NCBI GenBank assembly: GCA_964016885.1
Contig: OZ024746.1
Span: 7,254,001-7,318,000, forward strand
Reading direction: 5' to 3'
Source: Eledone cirrhosa
Lineage: Eukaryota
DNA length: 64,000 bases
The translations under genes were made by a program, and so were the position numbers. Shown here piece after piece: positions 36,345 through 50,693 of this stretch (position 1 is its first letter; each line of letters starts with the position of its first letter). The notes under the pieces are model-generated. The model had not been told where the DNA came from, made no database searches, and saw only the letters and a list, made by a program, of their open reading frames with translations.

Positions 36345-36759
36345 TTAACTCTTTAGTTACCTATCCAGCCAAAACCAGCTCTGGTTCTATGAAATAAAAC
36401 CACCCATTTTAACCCTTTACTTACCAACCCATTCACTCCCTAGCTCTGGTTCTATGAAATAAATTACCCATTTTAACCCTTTAGTTACCAACCCTGTCAA
36501 CACTAGCTCTGGTTCTATGAAATAAAACCACCCATTTTAACCCTTTAGTTACCAACCCAACCATAACCAGCTCTGGTTCTATGAAATAAAACCACCCATT
36601 TTAAAGGTTTTCAATTTAAATTAAAATCTTCCAACATAATTTCCAACATTAAGTTACTATCTTAGTAACGAGGTAATAAATAATTTTAGTAAATCCCTCA
36701 AAATTCTTCATTAATTAAAATAGTGTATTTCATTAGAAATGGTGTCATGAAAGGGTTAA
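36345..36759. mobile_element. piggyBac-like MITE with internal ~63-bp tandem repeats (ATP5MF intron 3)
   Basis: TTAA-CTCTTT ... AAAGGG-TTAA; four copies of CTCTGGTTCTATGAAATAAA..ACCCATTTTAA. Confidence 0.7.
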
Positions 36760-36904
36760 TAGCATCTACTGTCTTGCTATCAATTGAACCAAATACTTAG
36801 ATTGTGGGCAGTCCATGATTTGTGATTCAATCCCCCTCCTTGGATGTCCTACAATAGGTTGGTAGCTGGTGCCCTTTTCTCTTCTCACTACACCAATGAT
36901 TAAA

Positions 36905-37045
36905 TAATTGTTTCTACGTTAGGCACAAGGCCAGCAATTACACAGTGCATTACTGGTACTTTATTTTATCGACCCTGTAAGGATGAAATGCAAAGTCAAC
37001 CTCGACGGGATTTGAACTCAGACCGTAAAGGGACGTAACTATGCT
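36905..37045 (-). mobile_element. SINE family A copy (ATP5MF intron 3)
   Basis: Reverse complement of family A. Confidence 0.8.
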
Positions 37046-37133
37046 GGAAACCAATGTTTAAATAATGTGAGAATATACTTAAAATGTTTATCTGCTGATC
37101 CATTATTGTTGATACTTCCTTTTCTTTTTCCAG

Positions 37134-37162
37134 CCAACCATCGTCATGCCAAGTACCATTAA
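37134..37162 (+). CDS. ATP5MF: ATP synthase subunit f, exon 4 (TNHRHAKYH*)
   Basis: Strong pyrimidine tract plus CAG; ends in the conserved HRxxKYH; exons total 327 nt = 108 aa + stop; AATAAA at 37267. Confidence 0.93.
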
Positions 37163-38094
37163 TTCCTGTATATGATTAATATCTTTGAAAACATTAAGTT
37201 GATATGCAGCTGTAGATTCTGAAGTTCTACCAGGTATTGGAAAATTTCTCAAAACTACTCTAGGTTAATAAACTTAAATTTTAAGAAAATGTTTACTTTG
37301 AGGTTTTTAATTTTAAAAATAGTGTATTTGATACTTATTGATGTTGCAAACAAAGGTGTATATATATATAGGCTGTACCTAAGATGGTTGGAAATTATTT
37401 CTCTTCACAGCACGACTTTTACATGATCTTCAAAAGTCTCTTTAAAATTTAATGATTGTATTTAATAGGACATTGCTTAGCTAGCTTTTGGCTGGTGAAG
37501 TCTTACTCTGTGGCAAATATTGACTGCATCGCCTGTCTGATAATTTCATCCTTTCCTGTTGGAGGATCATGGTTACAGCTCCCCTTCCACCTCCGAACAA
37601 GACATTGATAAAAAAAGAAATTTAATTAGGTTTGTAGAACAGACCTCTGAGTGGGGTCATAGTATTTGGAAACAGCCCCTTGTGGGAAGGAATTGGATTT
37701 AGAACTTTTTTTTAATATTTCCATCATTGTATAATTTCTGCCTGTAAAATATAGTTGACATAAAAATGAAAGTGTCTTTTGTGGTTATGGAAAAGAAAGG
37801 CTCTCGAGTCACTGAAGAAGGGGATGGGCTCTGGACCTAGGGCGTGCAGCACCCCACAGACAATGGCCAGCAACTCCACATTGTGGGGGCTCCTTCCATT
37901 CCACAATGGCCAGCAACTCCACATTGTGGGGCTCCTTCCTCAGTTAAAATAATGTACATTAAAGTTGGAACTAGCTATTAAAAAAGAAAATTTAAAAACC
38001 TTTTTCAATTTGAGGAATTTAGTTGTGGACTTCATAGCTGAGAGTTCACCTGATGAAGGAGGCAAAGGAATACTATCAAACTTTTGATCTGTAG

Positions 38095-38280
38095 TCCCTA
38101 ATATTCTATTCCATGGTCAACTTTCTCTAAAGCTGTGCTGAAAAATAAGCTATACAGACCTCCTCCATTGTTTACATGATGGATATGTTGTAACAATTCC
38201 TGTCAGAACCATGGTGGAATATTTTTTTGGGGGCTAAATACTCCATTGTTCTGTATGTAATTCTATCCAAGACCTTTAAA
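38095..38280 (-). mobile_element. Highly decayed CR1/L2-type RT fragment
   Basis: Broken frames give HHGSDRNC and FSTALEKVDHGI, resembling QHGF..RSC and DFxKAFDKVDH. Confidence 0.35.
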
Positions 38281-39124
38281 ACATAGGATATATCTCAAAG
38301 TATTTTCACAAAATAAAAAATAGTTGAGTTTATTTCAAAACAGCTTATTGATTTGGTTGTGAGAAAATCTTATTTGCTTAGCAAGAGACACTCTAATATT
38401 GCTATTTGGGAATTATTTGTACAAGAACCATTGACAACTGAAACCGACTGACTAGAAATTCATGTACTCTTGGGTCTTGAATAATCTCCACTTCCACATA
38501 TTAAATTTTGCTAATCTTTCTCCGGCGACATTTTATTTTAAGTGGTAGCATTCCTGTGACAATTTTCTTTATACATGACAAAAAGTACATTACTAGAAAT
38601 CTCATTATAAAAAATAGGATGGGTTGGAGTCTTAATATGTAAACTATACGACTAATTTTTTTTTTTTTTTTAAATCAAGGGAGATAACCTAGAAAAATTA
38701 TGGATATTACAACCCCCTCCCCGTTATTTGGGACCCAAGAGTACATAGACAAAACCATGATGTATAAAATAGGAAAGTTTTAACATTGCAAAGATTAAAA
38801 ATATAAGACCTTTTTTTTCCAAGTTATTTATTTCTTGTGATATCTCGTTACAAAATATCTGTTACAATAGAGGGAATATGAAAAATGAACATCACATGAT
38901 CACAGAAATGAATAATGATCAACTGGGGGGAGGGGGCAGCGTTTAGAGAGGCGACATGGCAACTGGTAAATGAAAAAAATAAATATAAAGGGGGATGGGT
39001 GGGGAGGAATGGAAAGAAGCAAGCTCCATAATTAGCCAATTGTTAAAGCAATTCAGAAAGTAAACTTGTCAAAACCTGGTGGAAGCCTTTATATATAGAG
39101 AGAGAGATTAAGAAGAATGAAAGT

Positions 39125-39225
39125 CAGTGTTGCAGCATATGTACAAACTTGGGTACAATATCAGCTGAGGGTAGAATATACCAAACTTTGTACAAATGCT
39201 ACAACACTGATTCTTCTTAATCTAT
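39125..39225 (-). mobile_element. Highly decayed CR1-type RT C-terminal fragment
   Basis: LYK/SLVYSTLS*YCTQV resembles LYKSLVRPxLEYCxQVW. Confidence 0.3.
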
Positions 39226-40491
39226 TTACAGCCGCCTTAACTCTGGAATACAACCTACACGACGTCATAAGTGTTGAGTTCTTTGAACGGCCTGTAACTG
39301 GTTATCTAACTAATATATTAGTCAGTGAAAAGTCAGGTTTATATCCATAGTTGGTAGAGAACTCAGTCCAAAGGACGTGTTTGGTATCTAGTTAATTCCA
39401 TTGTTCTTAATACAACCATACACAGGTTGAAAATCTTATTTTAGGTGAAACACGTGTCCTCAAGTATGGGTTAGTATTTGTGGTGGAATTAACTCTATAG
39501 TTGGAACAGTGATAAATGAAATGTTTGTGGGAATTTATCCTCTCTGTAAGCCAAATTTCGACAGGTAACGATGGAACACAATGAAGACATCAGTGAATAG
39601 ATTAGAATTTTTTCTTTTTGTTTTTTTTTTAATCAGATAAAATCTTTTAAAAAACTAAATAGGCAGTGTGTTTCTTTAAGAGTTAGTTGTAGCTCTAAAA
39701 ATTATTTCATATGATGTAGGAGTGACTTGAATGTAAGTGGTAAACAAAATCTCTTATCTCCACGCACACTCCCATGAATGTTGTCAACAAGATTCCTTGT
39801 ATTTATACTTCTAGTTTATACAGAGTAAGCTTACTCTCCCAGAATAATGCTCTGATAACATGTACAGAGTAGCACTGATCTAGGACAATTTGACAGAACC
39901 GAGGGGGAGGGGAATATCACAAGAGTTCACAACTACAACACAAAAGAACAAATGACCAATTTTTGAATAAAGTAGTAAAAATTTGATATTTAGAATCCAT
40001 ACAACAAAACTAGAATTGCACAAGTTCAATTTATACATCGAAGTGAAGAGGTGGGGCGGGAGAGGAGTTATCCCACATCTTTTATACACCAACTGTTGCC
40101 AATCAAGAAACTTGTGTTTAAAAAAAGAAAAACAATGGGATAGCTTTTGTTTTAAAGTGGTAAATATACCACATTATGCAATCCTATTTTGAATGATTGT
40201 ATTGGCACATTTAATAAAACCAGACTTTTACAAATCAAATAAGAAAATATAAATCAAATTTATTTTTATATCTTTCTTCTATAGCTTGTAAAAATATTGA
40301 GACAAAGAAATGGTAAAATAAGAACAAAACTGAAGCTGGAATATAGATAAATTGCAGATATTTTAAAGTCTTTTGGGGAGAGGGATGTATTTTGTTGTCA
40401 ATAAGACAGCAAAAGTGACAGTTACAGGAAGAGGGGGAGGATGAAGTTTCTGAGGTTTTCAAGAGCTAGGATGAGAGAAAGCAGGTGAAGC

Positions 40492-40599
40492 TTAACCCTC
40501 AACAACTTGGGCCACTTGTTCAAGAACTGTTACTGTCTTCACTCCTTTTATCTTCAAATCGTTAAATTGCTGCTCAGTTTCTGTGACGAGGGTATTAAT
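40492..40599 (-). CDS. LLGL: Probable Lgl terminal coding exon (INTLVTETEQQFNDLKIKGVKTVTVLEQVAQVVEG*)
   Basis: TATTTTTAG acceptor, phase-0 open frame to TAA. Joined to Lgl by phase and orientation only. Confidence 0.62.
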   Translation of the reverse strand: MNTLVTETEQQFNDLKIKGVKTVTVLEQVAQVVEG

Positions 40600-42349
40600 C
40601 TAAAAATAAGTGAGAACATTTTTAAAACAACAAGAATATTTGGACTTTTGTGAATTCACTTATATATATTTAAAAAAATGAATACAAAGATGAAAGAGTC
40701 TGTTTTTCCCTCTACATACTTTGCTAGGAAATAGCTTAGATTAGTAACATTAGATTGAAGAAATATACCAATATATATAACATCTCAGTTCCTCTGCATA
40801 GTTTGTTTTAGTCCCCACATGTGTGATTTCAAGCACTTTACTCATCATCACTATTAACATCCATTTTCCAAACTAGCATGGGTTAGACAAGTTATCCATT
40901 GTGAGGCAAGATGGATCAGAAATGTTTCTGGTTTGGTTTCTATGCTTTTTATCATGGCACCAAAGGCAACCAATTGACAGGTTGAACTGGGTACTTTTTC
41001 ACTGTGTCACCAACATGACAACCTTCTGTGTATTTTAATTAATTTTGAAAATCATCAAGAATTTGGAGGGATTTAATAATATAACATTCTTTGTTAGTTA
41101 GTTTTTGAAACAATATTTTCAATAAAACTATGACAGGTTTTAATATAAACATAAAATGAGGTTTGGCATCACGGTACTATTTCTAGTAAACTATGTTGGT
41201 ATTGAAAGTGTTAAATTATGTAAATAAGACAGTTATTGCTTCAACCTGTCTATCAATAACTACCCTAAATATTCATCATCACCACCACCATTTAACGTCA
41301 ATTTTTCCACGCTTGTATAGGTTAAATGATACTGCTATGAGGAGGGACAGGCCAGTTGGCTGTGTCAAACCCCTCTGACACCAGTTTCGGAGACGGGACA
41401 CTTCTCAATACAAAATCAGATAACCACGTGTGACTCCACTATGAGGAGGGACAGGAACCACAATTTTTGGAGCCCGGCATGGATAACACCACTATGAAGA
41501 GGGACAGGCCAATTGGCCACACCAAGCAATGAACCCTTCTCAATACGAAACCACAGGTGACATCACTATGAAGAGAGAGAGGCTAGTTGGCAGTGCTGAA
41601 CCCTTCTCTTTCAGAGCCGGACACTCTCCACGCAACAAACTCTTCTCAATACGAAATCACAGTCTGATAGTGTTGACTAATAATATAGACATCAGATCCG
41701 ATAATACTCTGTGTGTGTATAAAGAAAGTAGGACTAAAACACAGAACAAAAGCAAAGCAATCATCGAATGCATGCAAATAATACACTGAGAAACACCAGC
41801 TTTGTAGATATCTTAATACACAACCATACGAGTTGTAGGGGCACCATAACATGTCTTGGTCATTTAAACTTGGCAGAGCCTACACACCTACAGAGTCTTT
41901 ATACAGCAACCAAACCACACTTAACTTATCACTATATAGTAACAAAACATTCTTGACAAGTAAAACAATGTCACTGTTTTGGTTTTTTAAAGGGAAATAA
42001 CTGTTTTCTTTCTGTTTTCAGCTACACCTGATTAAAACGAATGATCTTATGGACTGTATTTTATCAATATATCTACAGTTCACAGCTGACAATGACAAAA
42101 TGTAATTAAAGTAAACAAACTTGTTTAAATGTCACACTGTAAACATCTGGCTCGTGTGTTCTCTCTCTTTCACTGCCACTCTCTATTATAAGCAAATGGA
42201 GGACAGAATAGAGGTTTCCCCCGGAGGATGATGAGGGAGATGCGCTGGAAGAAGTATTCCAGCTCGGGAGGCAAGCACCTGTTTCATTTATTTATTTTTA
42301 TATATATATATACAGTTACTAGTATGAAGTACACTTTCTCTATATATTC

Positions 42350-42628
42350 TAAAGGCCCCACTCGGTCAGGAATGATCATGGTTTTGAACCTAGAAAGTTC
42401 CCCTCCGAGGCCCAAGCCTGAGCAAGGTTTGTTTTGTAGAAAACCAGCAGTCGCCCTTGCATATCAGTCTTGTCCAAGGGAAAGGCAATGATACAGCTTG
42501 GCACCAGTGATGTCACAACTCATTTTTACAGCTGAATAAACTGGAGCAACGTGAAATAAAGTGTCTTGCTTAAGGACACAACCTGAATTTCAAGCCCAAT
42601 GCTCTCTAACCACTAAGCCATGTCCCTT
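42350..42628 (-). mobile_element. SINE family B copy (other partial copies near 15040-15260, 45380-45560, 47140-47420, 48300-48520, 57960-58250)
   Basis: Shared block, on the minus strand GTGTCCTTAAGCAAGACACTTTATTTCACGTTGCTCCAGT, behind an A-box-like TGGCTTAGTGG. Confidence 0.75.
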
Positions 42629-45600
42629 CTCTCTCTCTATATATTATATAGTTACTAGTATGAAGTACACTCTATATATATATACACTCACACACACACA
42701 TAACTAACATATAAATCATATCTAATTACCACCGATTACTAAAATAATGAATGAAATTTCACGCCTGGTCTAGCTCCTGTTAAAACAATATTCCAAATCA
42801 AACTATCTAGGGGAGAGAGAGAGTAGTTCTAGTTAGAATCATCAATAATAGAACTGTAAAGTTTCAAGTTTGATAATTCTCTACCAAGTTATATCATCAC
42901 CGTTTAATGTTCATTGTTCCATGCTAGCATGAGTCACAGGTTGTCCCACTGTCAGGACAAGTTAGTTAGATGACCATGTCTTGCACGTACAGAATATAGT
43001 AAACCAAAGAGCTACAAGAATATAGAAGACCAGGGTAATAACCTTCAATTTTGTAGTGTTAAAGATAAATCAGCACGTGGATAGACTAGATAATGTCCTA
43101 TAAAAAACAGGTTTTTATCAGCTACGTATACTAAGGCAAGTTTAATTGCCCTTCAACATAATTATTGAATATGAATTTGTCACCTATAAGCAAGTATTTC
43201 TAAGTATACAGAGCTATGACTTTTTCTTCGGTCTATAAGGATAAAGGTTTGGTAGAATTGTTAAAGCATTGAACTGTCTTATTTGTCCTGGCCTTTTACA
43301 TTGGATGTTGACTTTATCACTGGACAGCATCAGTGGCCTAAAGATAGGAGACTTGCTATATAGGTACCTGATGATCTTTAAAGAGTTTTAGCAGCATAAG
43401 TGACATGAAGTGGCTTTTAACTTATTCCTGAGAGGGCTATGGGGTCAGAGCCCTCAAACACTCCTTCCGGCTGGATCCCTGGTAAGTAAAATCTCATGTG
43501 GACAATATTGAAGGAGCTACCTACTAGTTTTTCACACCAAACTACATTTGATTACGTTTGGTGTGAAAAACTAGCAGAAATCTCTCAAGGGGTTGTGTGG
43601 AGGTAAATAATTCATATGGGACATTACCCTATCACAACTAGATTGTTTTATTATCTAACAGGGTGCTGGATTAGCAGTAGAATCGGTAACATGTCGGACA
43701 ACATACTATGCAGCAGAGAGTTACTTCCCATTACATTCTAAAGTTCAAATCTTGCTGCAGTTAGCTTTGCCTTTCATCTTTATGGAGGTCGATAAAATAA
43801 TACTTTGACATTCCCTGTTAGCCTTGAGTCTAAACCATTATCTAACAGTACTAGGCTCAGTAGAGAGAGAGATTTGCCTTAGATACATAACATGAAGATA
43901 AAAATGTAATATATAATACACTTGTGTATTTGTCAGTCACAAGAGATGACTGAGGAAGGAAGGGGTTATGACAAACTGAGTAAGGAAAGGGTGGCAGCAT
44001 CCAATATTCGCTATATCTGTGTGTGTGTATATATGTATAGTGAATTACACACATTGGCTGTTATGATTGTGTGTGTGTGTTTATGTGTAAATTATATTTA
44101 TATATATTTGTGTGAGTGTATATGTGTTTGTGTGTGTTTATTTAGAAAGATACATAGACAATAGAATTACAAACACACATGCATTACACACACATATATA
44201 TATATATACAGACACACTTAGAAAAAATAATTATTACATACACACACCTATGTGATTACTGAGGAAGGAGGGGTGAGAAACTATGGAGGTCCAACGTTCT
44301 AAGATTCGTCACCGCTGCGTGTTTGTATGTTTGTATCACTTGTGTGAGTGAGTGTAAAGGAACCAACAAACAAATATCTCTTTTTTTATATTATGTATAG
44401 ATATTACAATCAATTTTTGATGGCAGGGGGCCAGCTACTAAATCAATAATGCACCTAATAATTGAACTGGTCATGGATTATTATTTTATGAAGCATGACT
44501 GGTCATTCCAGCAGTGTTTATTCCACTACAGGAACAACAGCCAAGCATATAAGGCTGTAGATTGCCAGCACATCAGTCTTGTCTACCCTGGGGTCTTGAA
44601 TGGTTACTACCATGAGATCAAACTTGCTCTGCTTCAATGAACAGAGATCTCAGAAATAACCCCCAATATATACACAATAATCTTGTCACATTCAACAAGC
44701 CAGAACATAAAGGGTTGTAACTATATGCTGTGCAAAGTATGTTGGTCAATACTCTAACGATTCTACTGCCAATCCCCCACTCTGCCCTGAAAAGTATGAG
44801 AGCTTAATGAGACTAACAGCTCATTTGAGAGGTCAGTAGCTCTGAGTACTGACTGGTCATTAGCCCTGACTATTGACTGGTCAGTAATGACCCATCCAAC
44901 AGCTGCTAACAGGGAAAACTGACATTAAATAATGATGATGGTGACAACAAACAACTATTACTAAAACAATTTAATGCAAAGCTTGGAAATTCCAAATGTG
45001 AATAATTTAAGGCTGACTGCATTTGGTTTAAACAAAAATATTTTTTAGGTTGAAAAATATAAAAACTAGAGAGACACACCATAAATTCACTGAAAAACAA
45101 CCATAGGTTTTAATACATAAAAATAGTATATGTGTACACATACATATATTCATACATACACACATATATTCAGACAGTATTTATATTTTATAATTACAAA
45201 GTCATATACAACAATTTTGTCAAAAGTTACAACATTTATATACTGTACTCAAAAGTTACCAGTTTTTTCTTTACTAAAAAAAGACAACACTGTGGATATA
45301 GGTGGTAAAATTAATTGAATTAACCCCACTATCTTACAGGTATTTAGATTTATTAACTCTTCAAGGGTGTTGGACTTACTATCATAATGTGTGTTGTGTT
45401 CTTGAGCAAAACACTTAATTTCATGTTCCAGTATACTAAACTGAAAATGAGTACCAGCAATAGCTGGTGTTTAACCCTGTGATGGACTGGTGTCCTGTCC
45501 AGGGGGGAGTCTTGTACTGTCAGTTGTTTCAGGATAAGCACCAGTCTGATGAGCAGCCAAGCTTGAGATAGATTTTAGACTTAGAATCCTTCAAGATTGA

Positions 45601-47689
45601 GAAGGTTAAGTCAATCATTTCAATTTGGCAGAGAAACAAATTTAGATTATATACAGGTCTGATAAAGTCTTTCAGAAGAACCATGTTAAATTAAAATCAA
45701 GATTAGAATGTAATATTTCTCAGAAGATATCACAGCTATGACAACGGTGGCTTTTGCTAAGAAATGGAAAAGTTTATTTTATATTTTTTTTTTTTTTTTT
45801 AGAATTCGAAATGAGAAGATCAAATTTTTTGTAAGATCATTTTAAATTTTGCCCCCCCCCCCAAATGTCTCAAAAGTTAATCTACAACGATAGCAATAAT
45901 ATAAACAGTGACTATAGAGAGGGGAAGAGGGTGTAAAGTGTCACAGTGGAGATATTCTTTCTGTTGACACCCTTCTGCAACAAGAGCAGCAGCTAATGAA
46001 AGTTGTGGGGTGGACAAATGATGCACAACTAACTAAACAGAGAACACATACATGCACAAACAAAAAAAGCAGGTAAAGGGATTACAGAGATGCAGTTTGT
46101 GTTAATGAGAGGATAAAGACAGACTAGATATGAAAAGCAACTTTAACAAAGGAAAACAAATTGTGTTAAGTTCTGAGGATGATGAAATTCCATTTTAATT
46201 TAACATCCTGTAATGATTTAGCAGGAATTGTCCAAAGACAACTTCATTAATTCAAACTTTACTATATTACAGATCATTGCAGTATTTATAGTAAATACTT
46301 TAATTTTTAATATGATGTAGTAGAGAATATTAAGAGTGAAGCATATATTATTGAAATATTAATAGTGACAGGGTAGTTAGTAATTAGTTGAGTATTAATA
46401 TACAGAAATACAATGGTGAAATGTTAGTATTTTAATAACATTAGTAATATTACATCTTACAGTTCTGGGAAGTCAGTTCTAATCTGGTTGGAACTAGTTA
46501 GATATATTGGAAATATGTCTCAGATGGATATGTTAGGGCTGCTTTCATTCAGCAGACATGTAGAGTCCCAGGGTCTTTGACTACATTATCAAATATGTCT
46601 TCTGCTCGAGTGTCATTTGGTTACTATTTCTGTCAGCTTAAACAATGCCATAAAATGTCTCCCAGTTATTTTACAATATTTTTGTGTAGTTACTGTTAGT
46701 ATGTTTTACATGTACGTGTGGATCCTGGTAGAATAGGTACCCTGTATTCTCGTGGGTGGTAAAAGGTAACTAAAAGGGATACTTAGGAGGGTACCCAGCT
46801 GTAAAACAGTCTCAAATCATCCTGTCCAACCTGTGCCAGCATGGAAAAGTGGATGTGACAATGATGAGGATATTTCTGTGAGAAAGTCTGAATCAATTGG
46901 CACATCCTGTCTTAATGAATTCAAAGAACATTAACGGATCTTCATGTTTTTCAAGGGAAAATTTATCTGTCATTTGTTTATATTCATGAGAGAGAGAGAG
47001 ATAAAGAGAGAGAGTGAGTGTAATGATCTCACACTACAGCTTGTAAATAGTCCTTAGCCAACAGCCTTATACTTGCAGTGTATGATAGAGACCACAATAG
47101 AAATTACAAATATATATAGAGTATTAAATATATTTGTATTATGTGGTTTAATGGTTAGGGTATTCAGTTAACAATCAGGTCATGAGTTTGATTCCTTGCA
47201 TTGTGTCCTTGAACAAGACACTTTATTTTACGTTGCTCCAGTCCATGTACCTATAATTTGAAGGAACAGACTTGTCACATCTGTGTCACACAGAATCTCC
47301 CTGAGAACTATATTAAGGGTACATGTGTCTGTGGAATGCTCAGCCACTTGCATGTTAATTTTACAGGCAACAGGCTGTTCTGTTGATTAAATGAACAAAA
47401 AATCCTGGTCATTGGAATCGACACGGTACCAACAACAACAACATTACTCAGACAACACTGAATATGAGTTTTATTTTTACTAAACACAAGAATGACAGTT
47501 TACAGAGAAGAACTGGAAGTTGTGACAGTCATACCTTTCCCAAGGAATTATTAGCATGGATGGGTGGTAGAAATAAGAATCTGTATTTCAAATCAGTAGT
47601 GAAACCCATACTAAATGTTGCTCACTACTAACATTGAACCAGTCAGTAATTAATGGACTGCATTTCTAATGAAATACATTTTAATTAAT

Positions 47690-47797
47690 TAATTGTTTCT
47701 ACTTTAGGCACAAGGCCAGCAATTATCCAGTGCATTACTGGTACTTTATTTTATCGACCCCGTAAGGATGAAAGGCAAAGTCAACCTCGGCGGGATT
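47690..47797 (-). mobile_element. 5'-truncated SINE family A copy nested in a piggyBac-like MITE (~47650-48008)
   Basis: Family A core on the minus strand; the host element ends in AAAGGG-TTAA at 48008. Confidence 0.75.
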
Positions 47798-49839
47798 AAT
47801 TAATGAAGGATTTTGAGGGATTTAGGGATTTATTAAAATTATTAATTATTTCATTCCTAAGATAGTAACTCAATGTAAGGTTCTTATATAAAATAATGTT
47901 GGAAGATTTTAATTTAAATTGGAAACCATAAAAACTTTTTTGAGAGGGGGGGGGGGTATTTCATAGAAAGAGAGCTGGTTTTGGCTGGGTTGGTAACTAA
48001 AGGGTTAAACCTGCAAGGAGCAGCGTTGAATGACTGCAGCCTGTTCCAAGTGACACAATCTCAGCAACTACACCTGATTATCATCTGGACAACAACACTT
48101 AGAAACACCATTTTAAAATATTTATCCTAAACTGATCCTGGGAAAAACATGCATATACATTGAGAGCACAAGAAAACTAACACACACTACATAGACACAG
48201 TAATATTGATAACATATTCTTACTGCTAAATGTACAGTATTTAGCCAATAACAGCAGAGAGCAGACCAAAGAGCCAAAAGTGTAAAGTTACAAGCCCAGA
48301 GGCTCATTAGACTGGTACTTATCCCGGTTTCATGGTGTGAAGCAACAGAGAGTACAAAACTCACCCCTGGACAGGACACCAGTCCATTGCAGGGCTAAAC
48401 CCCCAGATATAGCTGGTACTCATTTTCAGCTGAGTATACTGGAGCAACGTGAAATGAAGTGTTTTATTCAAGAAGACCACACACAACCCAGTCCAGGAAT
48501 GAAAGCCACAACATTAGAATCAGGCAGATATTCACAAGATCATACGTACACAAGAAAGCAGATTATCTGTTTGTTACATAAAATCTTGTGTATATTATTT
48601 ATCTGATCCTGTTGTCTGCACTGCCATGTTAATAGTCAAATATATTAATAGACAGCAGATTATCTCTCATTCTCATCTCTTTCTATCACATACACAACAG
48701 CATGTGCACATAAAAAGATGTTCAGATGATGTTTATATCAATAGATTACTTCACAAATACCCAGGAGGTCAGTAATTTGTAAACTCTCTAGTGTCAAGAT
48801 ATTATATAACATATTCTAAAGAACCACAGTCCACCTAGCTGCCAGCAGGTATCATAAGGTAGGATCAACATATTGCTAAAAACAGTGGCAGCACTATATT
48901 AACTGGTGAGTATTTCATTAGGTTCTGGTAGTTAATTTTAGCCTTGATGGGAATATTCTCTGACAAGCAGAGTTGCCTTCAATACATGAAAACCAAGTCA
49001 TGAAGGCTGCTTTAATGATACAATGGATTATGACAATTACACTCCCCACCATTTGAGAGAGAGAGAGAGAGAGGGCTAAAGCTAAACCAAAGAGTTAATC
49101 TGAGAGTCAAGAGATGACACTGACTTGATGCTAAGTTAAGATTTAACAGAGTTCCCCATAGCCATATAGTTTCTTACACAATTTAATAGAAATGATATCT
49201 AGGGGTTTATATTAAAACTAGAAGAAACCCGAAGAAACCTACCAAGGTTTATTTTACAATAAACCCTTATTCTTTTTTGATTTTATCAACACGAGTAAAA
49301 TGATATCTCACCACCACCACCACCACTATCACCATCATTACCTCAATCACCACCACCACTACTTTGTCTATATTATTCTTACTCATCCAGACGACTTCAA
49401 AACTCCTCTAATCAAATGTTATGGTAATTAAGGACTATAAAACTGTTGTCCCCAACTGAACAGTCTTCTTTTCCTGAGAGGGTCATGGGAGCAGAGTCCT
49501 GAAACACTCCTAAGGAGTCCTGTCAAAAGAAGCAACCATCTCCAACTGAATCCCCAAGTGAGACCAGCCAAAGTCATGGATGTTATCCAACCATCTTCCT
49601 TGGGGTCCACCCCTGGGTCTCTTGCTAGTTTGTTTTGTCCAGTGACTCTTTCCAGATACATTCTAACAGATTCTTTAAGTGCGACCCCCCTCCCCCCCAA
49701 TGGAACAGTGTTACTAGAGAATGAAGTGGGTGGTGGGGTATGAAAAAATAACAAATTAAAGAAATTAATTAAATGTTAATAAGATGGTAATTAAATGAAT
49801 TATAGTAAATAAATGGAAGCAGCAAAAGGTTTAAGATGA

Positions 49840-50693
49840 GAGAGACAGGTATGTTGTGGTAGAGACAGGTATGTTGTGGTAGAGTCAGGTATGTTGTGGT
49901 AGAGTCAGGTATGTTGTGGTAGAGTGAGGTATGGTGTGGTAGAGAGAGGTATGTTGTGGTAGAGTCAGGTATGTTGTGGTAGAGTCAGGTATGTTGTGGT
50001 AGAGTCGGGTATGTTGTGGTAGAGTCAGGTATGTTGTGGTAGAGAGAGGTATGTTGTGGTAGAGTCAGGTATGTTGTGGTAGAGTCAGGTATGTTGTGGT
50101 AGAGTCGGGTATGTTGTGGTAGAGTCAGGTATGTTGTGGTAGAGTCAGGTATGTTGTGGTAGAGTCAGGTATGTTGTGGTAGAGAGAGGTATGTTGTGGT
50201 AGAGTCAGGTATGTTGTGGTAGAGTCATGTATGTTATGGTAGAGAGAGGTATGTTGTGGTAGAGTCAGGTATGTTGTGGTAGAGAGAGGTATGTTGTGGT
50301 AGAAAGAGGTATGTTGTGGTAGATGTTAGGTATGTTATGGTAGAGTCAGGTATGTTATGGTAGAGAGAGGTATGTTGTGGTAGAGTCATGTATGTTATGG
50401 TAGAGTCAGGTATGTTGTGATAGAGAGAGGTATGTTATGGTAGATGTTAGGTATGTCATGGTAGAGTGAGGTATGTTGTGGTAGAGAGGTATGTTGTGGT
50501 AGATGTTAGGTATGTTATGGTAGAGTCAGGTATGTTGTGATAGAGAGAGGTATGTTGTGATAGAGAGAGGTATGTTATGGTAGATGTTAGGTATGTCATG
50601 GTAGAGTGAGGTATGTTGTGGTAGAGAGAGGTATGTTGTGGTAGATGTTAGGTATGTTATGGTAGAGTCAGGTATGTTGTGGTAGATGTCAGG
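49840..50693. repeat. 20/21-bp minisatellite (Lgl intron)
   Basis: Unit AGAGTCAGGTATGTTGTGGT, about 42 copies. Confidence 0.97.

Noticed and set aside
44255-44300. CTGAGGAAGG...GAAAC motif (related copies near 43948 and 61259)
   Set aside because: No pairing stem II or stem I.
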